A stretch of 64,000 nucleotides of DNA from NCBI GenBank assembly GCA_951406725.2, contig OX597830.1:41478001-41542000 (forward strand), written 5' to 3'. The notes under the pieces were generated by a model. The model worked only from the letters and a program-made list of their open reading frames with translations, was not told where the DNA came from and made no database searches. Within the stretch, counting starts at the first letter, position 1, and each line of letters begins with the position of its first letter. This document shows, piece by piece, positions 1 through 28,300 of this stretch. Position numbers and translations under genes: made by a program. The DNA is from Octopus vulgaris. Taxonomy: Eukaryota.

Positions 1-206
1 TTTGCAACCATTATTAATGTTATTGTTATTCTTGTTGAGGATAGTGAGTAGCACAAATGGTAGAGCAAGTACCAATCTGATGAAGTATTGCTTTGATACA
101 ATCCAGTATGCCCTCCCACCAAAGCTTGTATCCTTGTATGAATATTAGAAATCTTAATTGTTTTATTTCACTATTTTCTGACCATTTCCGTTCTGTTTTG
201 TTGCAG

Positions 207-15523
<15,317 letters not shown>

Positions 15524-15755
15524 GAGTTTGATCTGGAAACTCCCGTTCAATCTTGCTCTGGAAATTCCCGTACAGTCTAGCTTGTCATATGAAGAAGTTA
15601 TGTGTGCTGAGAGATTTTAGCTGCAAGATCATTACTAGCATAATGGAAGAAAGCTAGTCTTAAAGCAACTAATTTTATTTAGTAATGGAATGGTATTTGA
15701 AAATCTGATTCATTGTGAAATTGAGACAGAGACATGATTTGTAATATATTAGAAA

Positions 15756-15791
15756 AATAAATACGCTAAAAATGTACAAAATTTTAATAAA
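15756..15791 (+). terminator. Candidate HIBCH polyadenylation signals
   Basis: AATAAA at 15756-15761 and 15786-15791, 230-270 nt after the stop and followed by T-rich sequence. Confidence 0.55.
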
Positions 15792-17380
15792 ATAATTTGC
15801 AAAATTTTAACTTTCTTGTGATACTTTTTAAGGAGCAATGTCTTTTTATTTCCTAAATTATATCTTATCAATGATGCTGTCCATAACTATCCATTAGGTG
15901 AAATATTTTATTTTTATATATATGTGGCATAAAAATCCAAGTGGTTAACTAGGTTAAGGTATTCATTGATAACAGATTAGTCTTCAGGAAGAAGGATATA
16001 GGAATTGTCTCAGATACTATATTCAAAGGGTTATAGTTACGGCTAGGAACTGGAAATTGATTATAGAATTTGATCAAATGTTACTTCCTTCAGTATCTTA
16101 TACGTGTTTGAAAAATCTCATTTTACAGGCTAATAAGTGTAAAAACGTAGGTAAATTATTCTCAATACATTTTTGTGAAGTTTTAAAATAATACCTTAGA
16201 AATTCATATATATATTCTTCATAAAATTCACAGTAAAAACTAATTGCTGTTATAGAATACATGTGATGTAAATATAAAATCAATATTTGAAAGCTTTTCC
16301 TCCAGTGAAAAACATTTACCAGGCTCCACTGACCTACACTCTAATGGTTTTTAGAAAAGCATGTAAACATGACACATTTGAGCAAGCTGTGCTTCTCTGA
16401 CCAACATGGGAGGAAAGTAACTCTGGATTCAACTGTGCTAGCAAACTGTTACTTAAGCTCTTCACTTCCTCTGTAGCATAGGCCATCAGCATATTTTCTC
16501 CTCTGTTCTTAACTCCAGGCTGTCTTTTCTGCTTCTCCTCAAAGGTCTTGTTGGCTTTGAATTGTCATTGTTGCTTCTGTAACTTTGCTTTTGTCTTGGT
16601 AGGAGTGTTGGCCCTACACAAATCCACTTTTACTTTGGGGAAGAAATGGTCCATATTAGTGAGGCTTCTGCCCTTTGACCTGCTCAACATGGGAATCCCT
16701 ACCAGGGACCTGCATTCTGCTAGCATGGCTCTGAGTCATTGACGCACACAAACTACCATACTGCAACGAGGACTGCACCATGCAGTGGTATGCCAGCAAA
16801 GCAGATGCGAAATGATGATGATTATGTATGTTTGTGTGAAGAGATCTGACATATTAAAATAACATTAAGAAAATATTTTATAAAGCTTCAATTTGTAATT
16901 TATTTACAATTAATTATCACTTTGCAGCAAGAGGTATTTATATTCATAAGTGACAATAAAAAATCTTGCAGACAAAGTATTTAAATTAACATTAATTATA
17001 AGTTGATGAAAAAAAAATAACCAAAGAGTCTCAAGTATCCTTCATGACAGTTGAAAAATTTCATGAAAGGCCAAGCTCTATCAGTAGAATCTTAAAATAT
17101 TGTAGAAAAGATTTTCATAATAAAAAGATAGCCTTAGGTGAGTCGTTTGCTTCATATGGCAGTTACCACATTTCCTGGTATATAAGAAGCATTCTTATTT
17201 TACAAGTATATTTTGGGAGGGAAAAAACAACAACAAATTTGGTATGATTAATCATACACTTATTAGAAAATATTTTAAAGTGGTTTTGTTAGGGGAAAAT
17301 CTCTGAGTCTATAAATACATTATTGTTGACAGAAGAGTGTTGTAGTTCACTTGAAGCATTGTAGTATAGAAGTAGAATAA

Positions 17381-17510
17381 TGAATGAAATAAGGAAAGCT
17401 TCTAACAATGCAGAAGGTTTTTTAAATCGTTTTTATATTTTGAGCAAAATATAAAGGTTTTTTTAAAACTTTCTGCATTGTCAGACGCGTTCCTTCTTTT
17501 ATTTCATTCA
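17381..17510. repeat. Imperfect palindrome centred at about 17443
   Basis: TGAATGAAAT..ACAATGCAGAAGG..TTTATATTTT-GAGC-AAAATATAAA..CTTTCTGCATTGT..ATTTCATTCA; left arm also present at 12691-12760. Confidence 0.85.
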
Positions 17511-18099
17511 ATATTGTGACAGTTTACTGGGATAAAATATGAAATCATAAATAAACTAAGTTATGGGAGTACTGTATATCAACTTTATCTTCTTTCGGAT
17601 CAGTTGTATACTTATATTTTGGTCAAGAGAATTACCACACAGGATGTAAAACTCTTGATTTCTAGCTGTGATGTTCTATGTAACTGCAATTGGCCACCAA
17701 GATGACACACCACTGTTATGGCTTTGTTGCCATCCACTCATTGCCTTTCATCTTCCTAAATGGTTTTCTAGGCAACAGATTCATTAAATAATATAAGACA
17801 TAATCAGGTGCAGATTGCGCATGCTGGAAAAGGAGGTATAACAACATGATGTGACTTCCCTACATAACTGCCAACACATCATAAGCAATTTTGTTGTGAT
17901 TTTGTGCTCACACTGATAATTTGCTTTGTTTTCACTATTTTATTATTTGCAATAATTATCAATAATTATTGTACCATGTGCTCTAGTGCTTATTCGGTTC
18001 TCTAGCCTCTGGCACTTGGTCTCCCATCCATAATGATAATGTGACAGAAGCACATGACATATTTTCAGAAAGGTGACATTTCATCATGTCTTTCTGTAC

Positions 18100-18980
18100 A
18101 ATTATTGTGTAGGTCGTATATTTCTACTGCTTTTAAGTTAAAGGTGAAAATAGAGGAAAATGAGATGCATTTTTTGTCATTTGATATTTTTTATCTCAGA
18201 AAAGAAAAAATGCTATTCAAACTGCAAAAAAGATATATGCAGTTAATGGAGATAGTGCCGAAGCTGAGAGGACTGTTTAGAAGTGGTTCACTAGGTTTAG
18301 GAGTGAAAAGTTTGATCTGGAAGACCATGAACTTTCTGGCAAGACTACAGTCATTGATGATGACGAAATCAAAATGCTGATCAAAAATAATCCCAGTCAC
18401 ATGACATTAGACATCACAGAGATACTCCACACGTCTCATACAAGACTTGTGAAATCACTTGGATACATGAAATGCTTTGTTTGGGTGCCACATAATTTAA
18501 TGGATTACTTTTCCATTTGCAATTCTCAGCTCAAACATAATAAAGACACATTTTTTTTAAAAGAACAATTACAGGAGATGAAAATGGATTGTTTACAACA
18601 ATGTAGAGCAAAAAAAAAGGTCCTGGAGAAAATGAAATAAACCATCTTTAACCTCTGCAAAAGTCAGTCAATATCTGAAGAAGGTGATGCTCTGTATCTG
18701 GTGGGAGTGGAAGGGTTATTGTGTATTACGAGCTCTTTCTGCAAAATCAAATGTTGAATTCAAATAATTATTGTTCCCAATTAGGCTGATTAAAGGAGGC
18801 AATCGATGAGAAACATCCAGAATTGGCCAATTGGAAGGGTGATTGTCTTCATCCAAGACAATGCTAGACCTCAGGTTTCCTTGCAGATCCAGACCCACCA
18901 TACTCACCTGACCTTGCACCTTCAGATTAACATTTATTTCAATCCCTATAAAATTCTCTCAGTGAGAAGAACTTCAATTC
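18100..18980 (+). mobile_element. Decayed mariner transposase
   Basis: Frameshifted fragments: KWFTRFRS, VWVPHNL, ITGDE.W, KVMLCIWW, FIQDNARP, HPPYSPDLAPSD. Confidence 0.9.
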
Positions 18981-21311
18981 TGCACACACACACACACGCA
19001 CATACATATAGGCCCAGGCACACTGTCACTGTACTATGCTGTTGGCATAATTAAGGAAAGCAATAAGTCTCATCTTTCAACTATAGTAAGCTTCTAGTGT
19101 AATAGGGAAATCACTGGACCTAACTGACTTTATTCTCTCATCTCAATACTGAATCCCTTCCCTTCTCATCACTCCTGCTCCTATCCATCTTGAGGTACTG
19201 GATCCTCATCAGATTTGCATGGACCTTTGGCTATTTAATATCAACCTGAAACAGTCACTTTCATCATTTTTTACCTCTTACTGTCCATCAATTTTTCCTC
19301 TCCTGCCTCTCTCATCCTAATTAAGGTGTTCTTAATGTCATACTCTTGCTTCTCTCTCCTACACATCTCGATACACCTTCAGTCATCACCCCATATCACT
19401 CTATCTGTCAGCATATAATCTGGGTTTTTTTTAAATTCCAATACTTCCTGAGCCTCTAACATAAACTTCTGTTAATTCCCTGCCATCTCAGTCACAATGC
19501 ATTACCCTGAATACATCTATTTCAGAATACTGGGTACTCCTCCTATCACTCCAACCTTTATCACACATTCAAATCATCACCATCATTCATGCTTCCACTT
19601 TGTATGTAAAGAGGCTGACAAGCAAGCAGAGATGTGAGGTTGTAAAGTCCCCTTACCCTGTTGAAGACCTATCTCTCCAGTGCCAGTGTCATAGAAAAAA
19701 AAGAATCACCCAGCACACACTGTGAAGCAGTTGGAGTTAGTAAAGGTATCACAGCCATAAAAGAAAAATGAATGAGATGAAATTCTATGAGTCATCTAGA
19801 TGAACAGTACCCCCAGATAGGCTCTAACTATGATGACACACCAGTATGGAAAGTGGATGGAAAATGATGATGATGTGCATGTGTGCACATGCGTGAATAA
19901 GTGAATGCTGACAGTTTACTTGTCATTGTTTAAGCAAAATGGAGGTGTGTTCACATTTCTTGTTATTGATAACAAGTAAAAGGCAGCCATATGAGTGACA
20001 CGTAAAAAATCACCCAGCACACTCGATAAAGTGGTTGGCATTAGGAAAGGCATCCAACCATAGAAACCAAGCCAAAACAGACGACTGGCGCCTGATGCTG
20101 CTCTCAGGTTTACCAGCTCCAGTCAAACCGTCTAACCCATGCCAGCATGAAAGACGGATGTTAAATGATGATGATGATGATTATTAAGCCTATATTTTTG
20201 AAGACCTACAAAATAAAATGAAAATCCCACCCTTGAAAAACAGATAAGTGCTGCTGATAGGAAGAGTAACAGACAAAATCCTACAGACAATAAAATCCAT
20301 TCCCAGCCAAACCATGCTAACAGATGTTTTATACACACACACACACACACACACACACTTTATACATACATATGACCTTGCTGTATAGTAAGAAGTTTGC
20401 TTCTCAAACACATTCCAAGATCAGTCCCATATGCCAACCAAAGCCTTCTGAGTGGATTTGGTAGGTTGAAACTGAAAAAAAGTGCATCGTGTGTGTGTGT
20501 GTGTCTGTCTGTTCCTCACTGCCACTTGACAGAGACAACCTTTTATGTTAAGTTGTATTAGATCTTTTTGAAGACATCCCCATAATTTAACATTCTGGCA
20601 AAAAGAGACTGATAGAATAAACAGTAGGCTTAAAAGTAGGTACTGGGGTCAATTTGTTTGGCTAAACCCTTTGAGGTAATGTCCCAGTATGGCCACAGAC
20701 CAATGACTGGAGACAACAGTATGTTTTGTGGGTATATAAAATCATTACCAGCATTTTATATATACTTCACTGCATTGGTTGGACGAACTGTCATCACTGT
20801 CTAATTCAGTTCTTATTCAGAATCATTGATCTTTTAGGTCAGAGTGCCACATTCTACACATACACTCCTTTCTGTGATGATTTCTGTGGTTGGACACCCA
20901 TTCTAACACCAACCACTTTACATGGTGTGCCAGGTGCCTATTATAATTGTTCAGTTTCTGAAACATTTAACAATTACTTCAACTTTATTTGATGGGGACA
21001 TATAAAAACCTCTGTTTATTTAACTAAACCTTGTTCTAAAAATTAAAAAAAAATAACTCGTGATTCAAGGTATAACTGAAGATCAGTAATGTGAAATGTA
21101 TTTCTAAATCTTCGGAATTTCTTCACGATTTATACACACAATGGTGACAGACATGTTGAAAATGAAGACTCTCAGGAGTAAATCTATTTAAGAATATAAT
21201 AAATTCTTTCACTCATTTTCAAAATGAATTCTACCATATGTAAATCTAAAGTTACACAAATTTAAAATTGTACAAGGCCTATAAAGATGAGCAATTTTAA
21301 ATTCATATGTA

Positions 21312-21350
<39 letters not shown>

Positions 21351-22686
21351 AGGCAGTAAACTGACAGAATCATTAGCAAGCTGGACAAAATGCTTAGCAG
21401 CATTTCGTTTGTACTTCTGAGTTCAAACTCCGCCAAGGCCAAGTTTGCCTTTCATCCTTTCGAGGTCGATGAAATAAGTACTAGTTACACACTGGGGTCG
21501 ATGTAATTGACTAGCTCCATCCCCCCACCAAAAGAAATTTCAGGCCTTGATTCTATAGTAGAAAAGATTATTATTATTATTATTATTATTACTACTACTA
21601 CTACTACTACTACTGTCAGTGGCATGGGCTGGACGGGACATTTCAAGGCAATATTCTATGACTAGATGCCCTTCTTGTTGCTAAGCTTTTTAGCTGTCTC
21701 TTACAACATGCAGGGACATACACATATGTTTAAGTGTGTGTTTATGTATGTATGCATGCATATATATATATATTCTTTCTTCTACTGACTTCAGTCTTTG
21801 GACTGTGGCCATGCTAGAGCACCACCTTCAATACATACATACACACACCTTCATGCAGATACTCATAATATTTCTAAGAATTTCCTTAAAGCTTAGCTGT
21901 CAGCTGTAAAAAAAAAAATGTAAAAATACATATTTATAAAAAAATAAAACAATGGCCACCTATAATTTTTTTCTCAATTACTATTTAATTTTTCATATTA
22001 TAGTTAAGAGATCAATTAGTGAAATTAGTAGCGCCAAACTTGGGAAAATTTTGGTGGTGGAGGAGTTGGAAGAAGAGAAAGGGGTAATTTCCATGTTTCT
22101 ATGAATAAAAAAAGAATAATTGGAGGAATCAATTTTCTTGAATAATACTTCAAACACAGCTGGTTTAAGAAAGGCCACCCATTTAAAGATCCTTCACAAA
22201 TTTCCATTCTCTTTAAAAACAAGTCTTCTTCAAAATTATGAAACCAGTTCAATTGGAATGAAGAGGCCTGTGCATATTTTGAAAATGTTGTGGTGAAATT
22301 ATTTACCAAAATTATTACTAGAGTTATTGAGTGGTGGAATTTATTACCAAAATTGGATAAGTGAAGATGTAGAAAAAACAATTTTGAATAGTTTCCATTT
22401 CTTTATGCATATATATATATATATGTATACATGTGTGTGTGTGTGTGTGTGTGTGTATATACTCTTTTACTCTTTTACTTGTTTCAGTCATTTGACTGTG
22501 GCCATGCTGTCATATATATATATATATATATAACATAACAGAGAGAGGGGGAGGAAGACAGTGAAACTAACTTCCATACATGCTGAATATAGATGTTCAA
22601 ATAAAAACATCAACAATTTTCCTTGATACGAAATAACTGTAAAGCGGGCGAGCTGAATAAAAGTTTATTTAAAATTGCAGTGATTA

Positions 22687-22787
22687 ATACTGTACATGTT
22701 TCGAGTTTAATGAACAAATTAAATAAATCAATTTTTAAAAAATCAATTTAATTTAAATTTGTTGCATATTACACTCTTCAGCAGTAT
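22687..22787 (-). ncRNA. Type I hammerhead ribozyme motif with intact core
   Basis: - strand ATACTG-CTGAAGA-[72-nt stem II hairpin]-GAAAC-AT-GTA^CAGTAT; 6-bp stem I; palindromic ACATGT stem III; cleavage predicted between 22693 and 22692. Confidence 0.8.
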
Positions 22788-22929
22788 ATTTCCATACTTA
22801 TGAAAAATATGCACAATTTTAGAATATTACTTTTATTCATCCACAGCAATTCGTAATTCAAGGTGGACAAGTTGAATTTTGGATAGAAAGCGTAGCTTCT
22901 TTCCCTCTAAATTTTTGGAAAATAAATAA

Positions 22930-22985
<56 letters not shown>

Positions 22986-23283
22986 TAGGGCAGCAAGCTG
23001 GCAGAATCATTAGCACGCTGAGCGAAATGCTTAGCAGTATTTCGTCTGCCGTTACATTCTGAGTTCAAATTCTGCTGAGGTCAACTTTGCTTTTCATCCT
23101 TTCAGGGTCGATTAAATAAGTATCAGTTACGCACTGGGATCGATGTAATCCATTTGTCTGTCTTTGTTCGTCCCCTCTGTGTTTAGCCCCCTGTGGGCAG
23201 TAAAGAAAAAAATATAAGTTTCAGCTCTGAGCTGAAACTTAAAAAAAAAAAATGTGTAAATATATATGTATGTATATAATATA

Positions 23284-23333
<50 letters not shown>

Positions 23334-23439
23334 TACACACACACATATATATATATATATATAAATAATATACATATATATGTATCTCATTTTTGGATTT
23401 GGCTTGCAAGATTCTTTATATGAGTTCATGTGTTAAAGC

Positions 23440-23722
23440 ATATTCTGTTGTGTCTGAGGAGAGTCATTTTCTTTTTGTGCCTTATTATTTAACAGACTCA
23501 CCGGTAAAAATTTCCACTAATTTCTTATTTTTATTGTCCTAAAATTTTTGTTGTGTTTCAACCTTTTCAATAGTTTTGACTCTCAAAACTACTGAAAAGG
23601 TTGCAACACTCAACGAAAATTTTAGGACAATAAAAATAAGAAATAAGTGGAAATTTTACTGGTGAGTGTGTTAAATAATAAGGCACAAAAAGAAATGACT
23701 CTCCCCAGACATAACAGCATAT
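23440..23722. repeat. Near-perfect palindrome (about 140-bp arms, 3-nt loop at 23580-23582)
   Basis: TAGTTTTGA-CTC-TCAAAACTA centre; arms pair out to CTGTTGTGTCTGAGGAGAG / CTCTCCCCAGACATAACAG. Confidence 0.95.
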
Positions 23723-23796
23723 ATATATATATATATATATATAAATAATATACATACATATATATGCATATATATATATATATATAAATAATATGC

Positions 23797-23847
<51 letters not shown>

Positions 23848-24198
23848 AAATATACACATATATATATATAATATACACACACATATATATACACACACAC
23901 ATATATAATATCCACATGAGTATATTATATACATATACACACACACACACACACACATCACTCTACTTCTGGTATCCAAGAACTATTTTTTCCCACCTTG
24001 TTTCACATTTATGTGTTTACTCAAGTATACATGTTATATATATATATATATGCTATATATATGTGTGTATATGTTATACACATATGTATACTTTATATAT
24101 ATATATATATATATAGTAATTTTGTTATTTCACCAAAGTAGAAGAGCTGTCAGCCATAGACACAACTAGAAAAGTAGACGTCAAGGCTTGGATACCTG

Positions 24199-24414
24199 CT
24201 ATACATTGGTTTGGCTACCATCCGTTGTTGCTGTTGTTATTGTTGGTGTTGCTGCTGTTGTTGCCGTTGATGCACCTACATTTGCCAATGAACGAGCCTG
24301 GTGAATGTGAACTATCTCTCCATTTTCTGTTGTCACTGTGGCAACATGAACTCTGTCAGGAGTACCCATTGAAACAACTTGGACACCTTCTTGGTTATCA
24401 GCACTCTGAAGTTG
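24199..24414 (-). CDS. BANP: BANP last coding exon QLQSADNQEG...TDGSQTNV*
   Basis: ttgctag|; TAG at 24201-24199. Confidence 0.88.
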   Translation of the reverse strand, partial: QLQSADNQEGVQVVSMGTPDRVHVATVTTENGEIVHIHQARSLANVGASTATTAATPTITTATTDGSQTNV

Positions 24415-24522
24415 CTAGCAAAAGAAACAGTATATATATATACATTTATATATATACACACACATATATAAATATACACACACACATATATATATATACA
24501 TACACACACACACACATACACG

Positions 24523-24562
<40 letters not shown>

Positions 24563-24595
24563 TATATAAATACACACACACACACATATATATAT

Positions 24596-24641
<46 letters not shown>

Positions 24642-25266
24642 TTACATTATTTACATACAATTTCTTGAATACAGAAGACATATATGGTATTTTAGATTAG
24701 CAGGAATATATATTTAGCTTTTAACACTACGTGTGTGTAATTCTTCAATCCCTCTGCCTCCTACCTCTCTCCTCTCCTTCAACATGACCAGTGTTCCACC
24801 AAGCCTGACCTTTCTTTTTGGGTTCAACTTCCATCCGTGTAGCATCTCTTATATTCCTTCCCATGACTTTCATCTTTTATGTTTCTGTCATAAGGCTTCA
24901 CTCCACACATGCCAGCTTAATTCAATTCGTCTTTAGTCGAAAGACACCTGTTGCTATTGTCTTGTTGTTTGAATATGTAATTGTGAAACATTTCTCCATT
25001 TTTTTGTCCTTTTTTTCATATACAATCGCTTGCTTTCTTTCAAATAATCCCATGCTCTTAGCTTAGATTTTCTTGTGGCTGGCCAGATTGGAGCAGTCTT
25101 GAGTGCAACTAGCCAAAACTGCAGGGATGATCTGGAACTCGACTGAGGATAGACAGCTTCGAATGATCCACCCTTGTTTTTTCCTGTCCTTTCTTATATC
25201 ATCTAACAGTCTGGATGTTCTATTGTTGCCTGTTACATTCTTGTTCCAGTTTTTGTTTTGTTTATA

Positions 25267-25309
<43 letters not shown>

Positions 25310-28300
25310 CAGGTAAAAACACCCACTACACTCTCGGAGTGGTTGGTGTTAGGAAGGGCATCTCAGCTGTAGAAACTCTGCCAGATCAAGATTGGAGCCT
25401 GGTGCAGCCATCTGGTTTGCCAGTCTTCAGTCAAATTGTCCAACCCAAGCTAGCAGGGAAAGTGGACGTTAAACGATGATGATGATATATTGTATAAAAG
25501 TTCGTGGGTAAGGCCAGAACAATGCAAAATAAATGCAAGGCAAATCACAAGAAAACACATATTTGAATAAATGTAGATTTACCTTGCATTTAATATTTCG
25601 GCAACATTCATTAATTTCTTGAAAATGGGGTCATAACCCCGAAATATTAAATGCAAGGTAAGTCTACATTTATTCATATATTTGTTTTCTTGTGATCTGC
25701 CTTGCATTTATTTTGCATTGTTCTGCCCTTACCCATTATTCTTTATACAATATATTCTACACAATGCTTCATTGTAATTATTCCATATATATATATACAT
25801 ACACACACTTACACATGCATGTATGTGTGTGTGTGTGTGTGTAATAACAGAAGCAGTATTAATACCAAAATGTAATATTTATCCCCACTTAAAAGTGAAT
25901 GTTGTGTTAGAACACACAATACTGCAATTTTTACCATGAGAGAATCTCTCATATGGTTTTGTCATGCACATAAGCATTTCTTGTTTACGCTGCTAGCAGG
26001 AGACAATGACCACCATTTCTGCTGCCAGGACTACTGGACTGGCCTTGTCAATGGTAGGTACCTGACTTCTGAAAATAGCAGTAACCATTTCCACCAGTGA
26101 TATACTCCAACTTAGTTCTGACATCCATTTGTCATGGTACACCTCCCTGCTTCTCCCATCTAGTAATAGTGAAGGTGCATGGCTTAATGGTTAGGGTGTT
26201 GGACTCATGATCATAAGATTGTGGTTTCAATTCCTGGACCAGGTGGTGCATTGTATTCTTGAACAAAACACTTCATTTCACATTGCTCCAGTCCACTCAG
26301 TTGGCAAAAATCCTCCAACAAAAAAATCCTGCGACAGAGCAGTGTCCCATCCAGGGAGGAACATATATGCCAGATAAACCAGGAAACTGACCCTATTCTC
26401 CCTTACAGAGTAATGTGGACTAATTATAACCATCAACCACATCTCCAGCAATGTTCCATTCACCTCTCTCTAAACCATCTGTCACTCCCCTCTTACACTC
26501 TTATGACCTTATCCACCCCATAATCCCAATCCTTCTTGTATCTTGAAAGTATGCTCTAACACCTCATTACAATCATCTTTGTCTGCTTTCCACTCACTCC
26601 TTCCCATCCTTATATAATATATGGTAGCCATGTATGTTCTCTATAGTGTCTGTCCCTCTAAATATAGGGTGGTTAAGTATTTTCTCTACAATAAGATGCA
26701 TGTGGCCGTCCATCTATCATACTCTGCCCTCACAACTCCCTCTCTGTTACAACCCAACTCAGTCAAGGATTTCTTCCCTTAGTCTTGCGAGACACTTGGC
26801 AATCTCACAGGTGCTGATGTCATGAAAAAGTGGTTTATCTTATGAGGCCTAATTTTAGTTTAGAAAAAAGCCAAGAAGGAAAGTAAAACGAGCCATTATC
26901 TGGAATGTAGCACAAACATAAAAATATATTTGTATAGCACCTTACAAATGAATGTCTTACCTGTATGACTTGATCACCTTGTAAAATTTGAATGTGTTGT
27001 GCATGTTGTAGCTGTGATATCTGTTCTGGTGTAGCATGCAGGATTTGAATCTCCCCTTGCTGTAAGGCTTCACCTTGCATTGTAACAGCTTGCTGAATAT
27101 CTAGTTCACTCTGCTGCAAAATAATAAGAAATAGATAAATTCAACATGGTTTGACTCACAAATTAATAAATGGCAAAAATGATGATGATGGTGATAATGC
27201 CTTTTTTTTTTCCTAGCTATGTGATGAATATTTAAATGTTTTGCATTATTAATTACTATGTGTGCATTTGTTTCCCACCACCGATGTTGATGTGTTTATG
27301 TCACTGTAACATAGTGGTTCAGCAAAAGAGACCAAAAGAATAAATACCAGGCTTTACAAAAAAATAAGTACAGAGGTTGATATGTTCAACTAAAATTCTT
27401 CAAGGCGGTGCCCCAGCATGGCCACAGTCTAATAACTGAAACAAGTAAAAGATAAAAGATATGGCCACAAATATATGAAAGAAATTGTATGTCTGCACAA
27501 ATGTGTTATGTATTTTGTATGTTTGAGAGTTTGTGGTGATTATTTTCCTTTTATATTTTTACAATATTCACAAACACTACAGGATGAAGAAAAATTTCCC
27601 AGAAAGTTGAGTCTCCAATCAAGTTTGATCCTAGATATAGCTATTCAACTTAACTTACATTAACAATGTATCGGGAAAATGTATAAACATCACAAGTGTT
27701 TCTAAATTTTTGTAAACCTAATCAACTGGCTGAAAGCAAACAGAAAAAATATATATGAAAAAATTAAAAAATTAAAAAAAACAGGCATCCAATGTCTGAT
27801 TCATCAGTGCATAATTAGAGAGAAATATTTTCATTGCTTCTCACCTGTTGTATATGAAATTTTGTGTCTTCATGTAGATTTGAATCATAAAAATTACTCT
27901 GTGAATTCACGACTGAATTAAAATTAAACCCTGTGTTATGAACATAACTTGGTGGGGCTCTTCCACGGAAAGCCTTTACAGCAAGAGGCAAACCTCTTGA
28001 CTTTCTACGGAAAGCTGTTCTACATTTGGAGTCTATGTTCTGTTTGATTCGTTGCCAGTCAGATTCATTGATCTTAAACCGTTGTATTAAATGACCTAAA
28101 AGTGAAAGATAAAAACCATTAGGACATTAAAAGACAACTTTAAATAGTTATTTTAACTCTTCTGGCATTCAGATTACTCTGTCAAATGTAATACTTGTTT
28201 TTTCACATTTTCTCATTGCTTCACAATTTCAATGATAAAAAGCACCATTTGAGTGTGGTTGATGTCAGTGCTGCTACACTGGCTCCCGTGCAAATAAAAA

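Larger units (their letters stand above)
23255..24640. repeat. Compound (TA)n/(CA)n microsatellite fields flanking the BANP last exon
   Basis: Blocks at about 23255-23385, 23718-23960, 24035-24115, 24430-24640. Confidence 0.95.

Noticed and set aside
21076-21105. CTGAAGA...GAAATGTA as a minimal hammerhead
   Set aside because: Only 2-bp stems I and II; expected by chance in AT-rich DNA
23127-24681. Cluster of 60-130-aa ORFs rich in Y/I/C/V/H/T
   Set aside because: Translations of (TA)n/(CA)n microsatellites or shadow frames of the BANP last exon
25988-26070. Extra BANP exon between 26961 and 24414
   Set aside because: Both candidate acceptors give in-frame stops in phase 0
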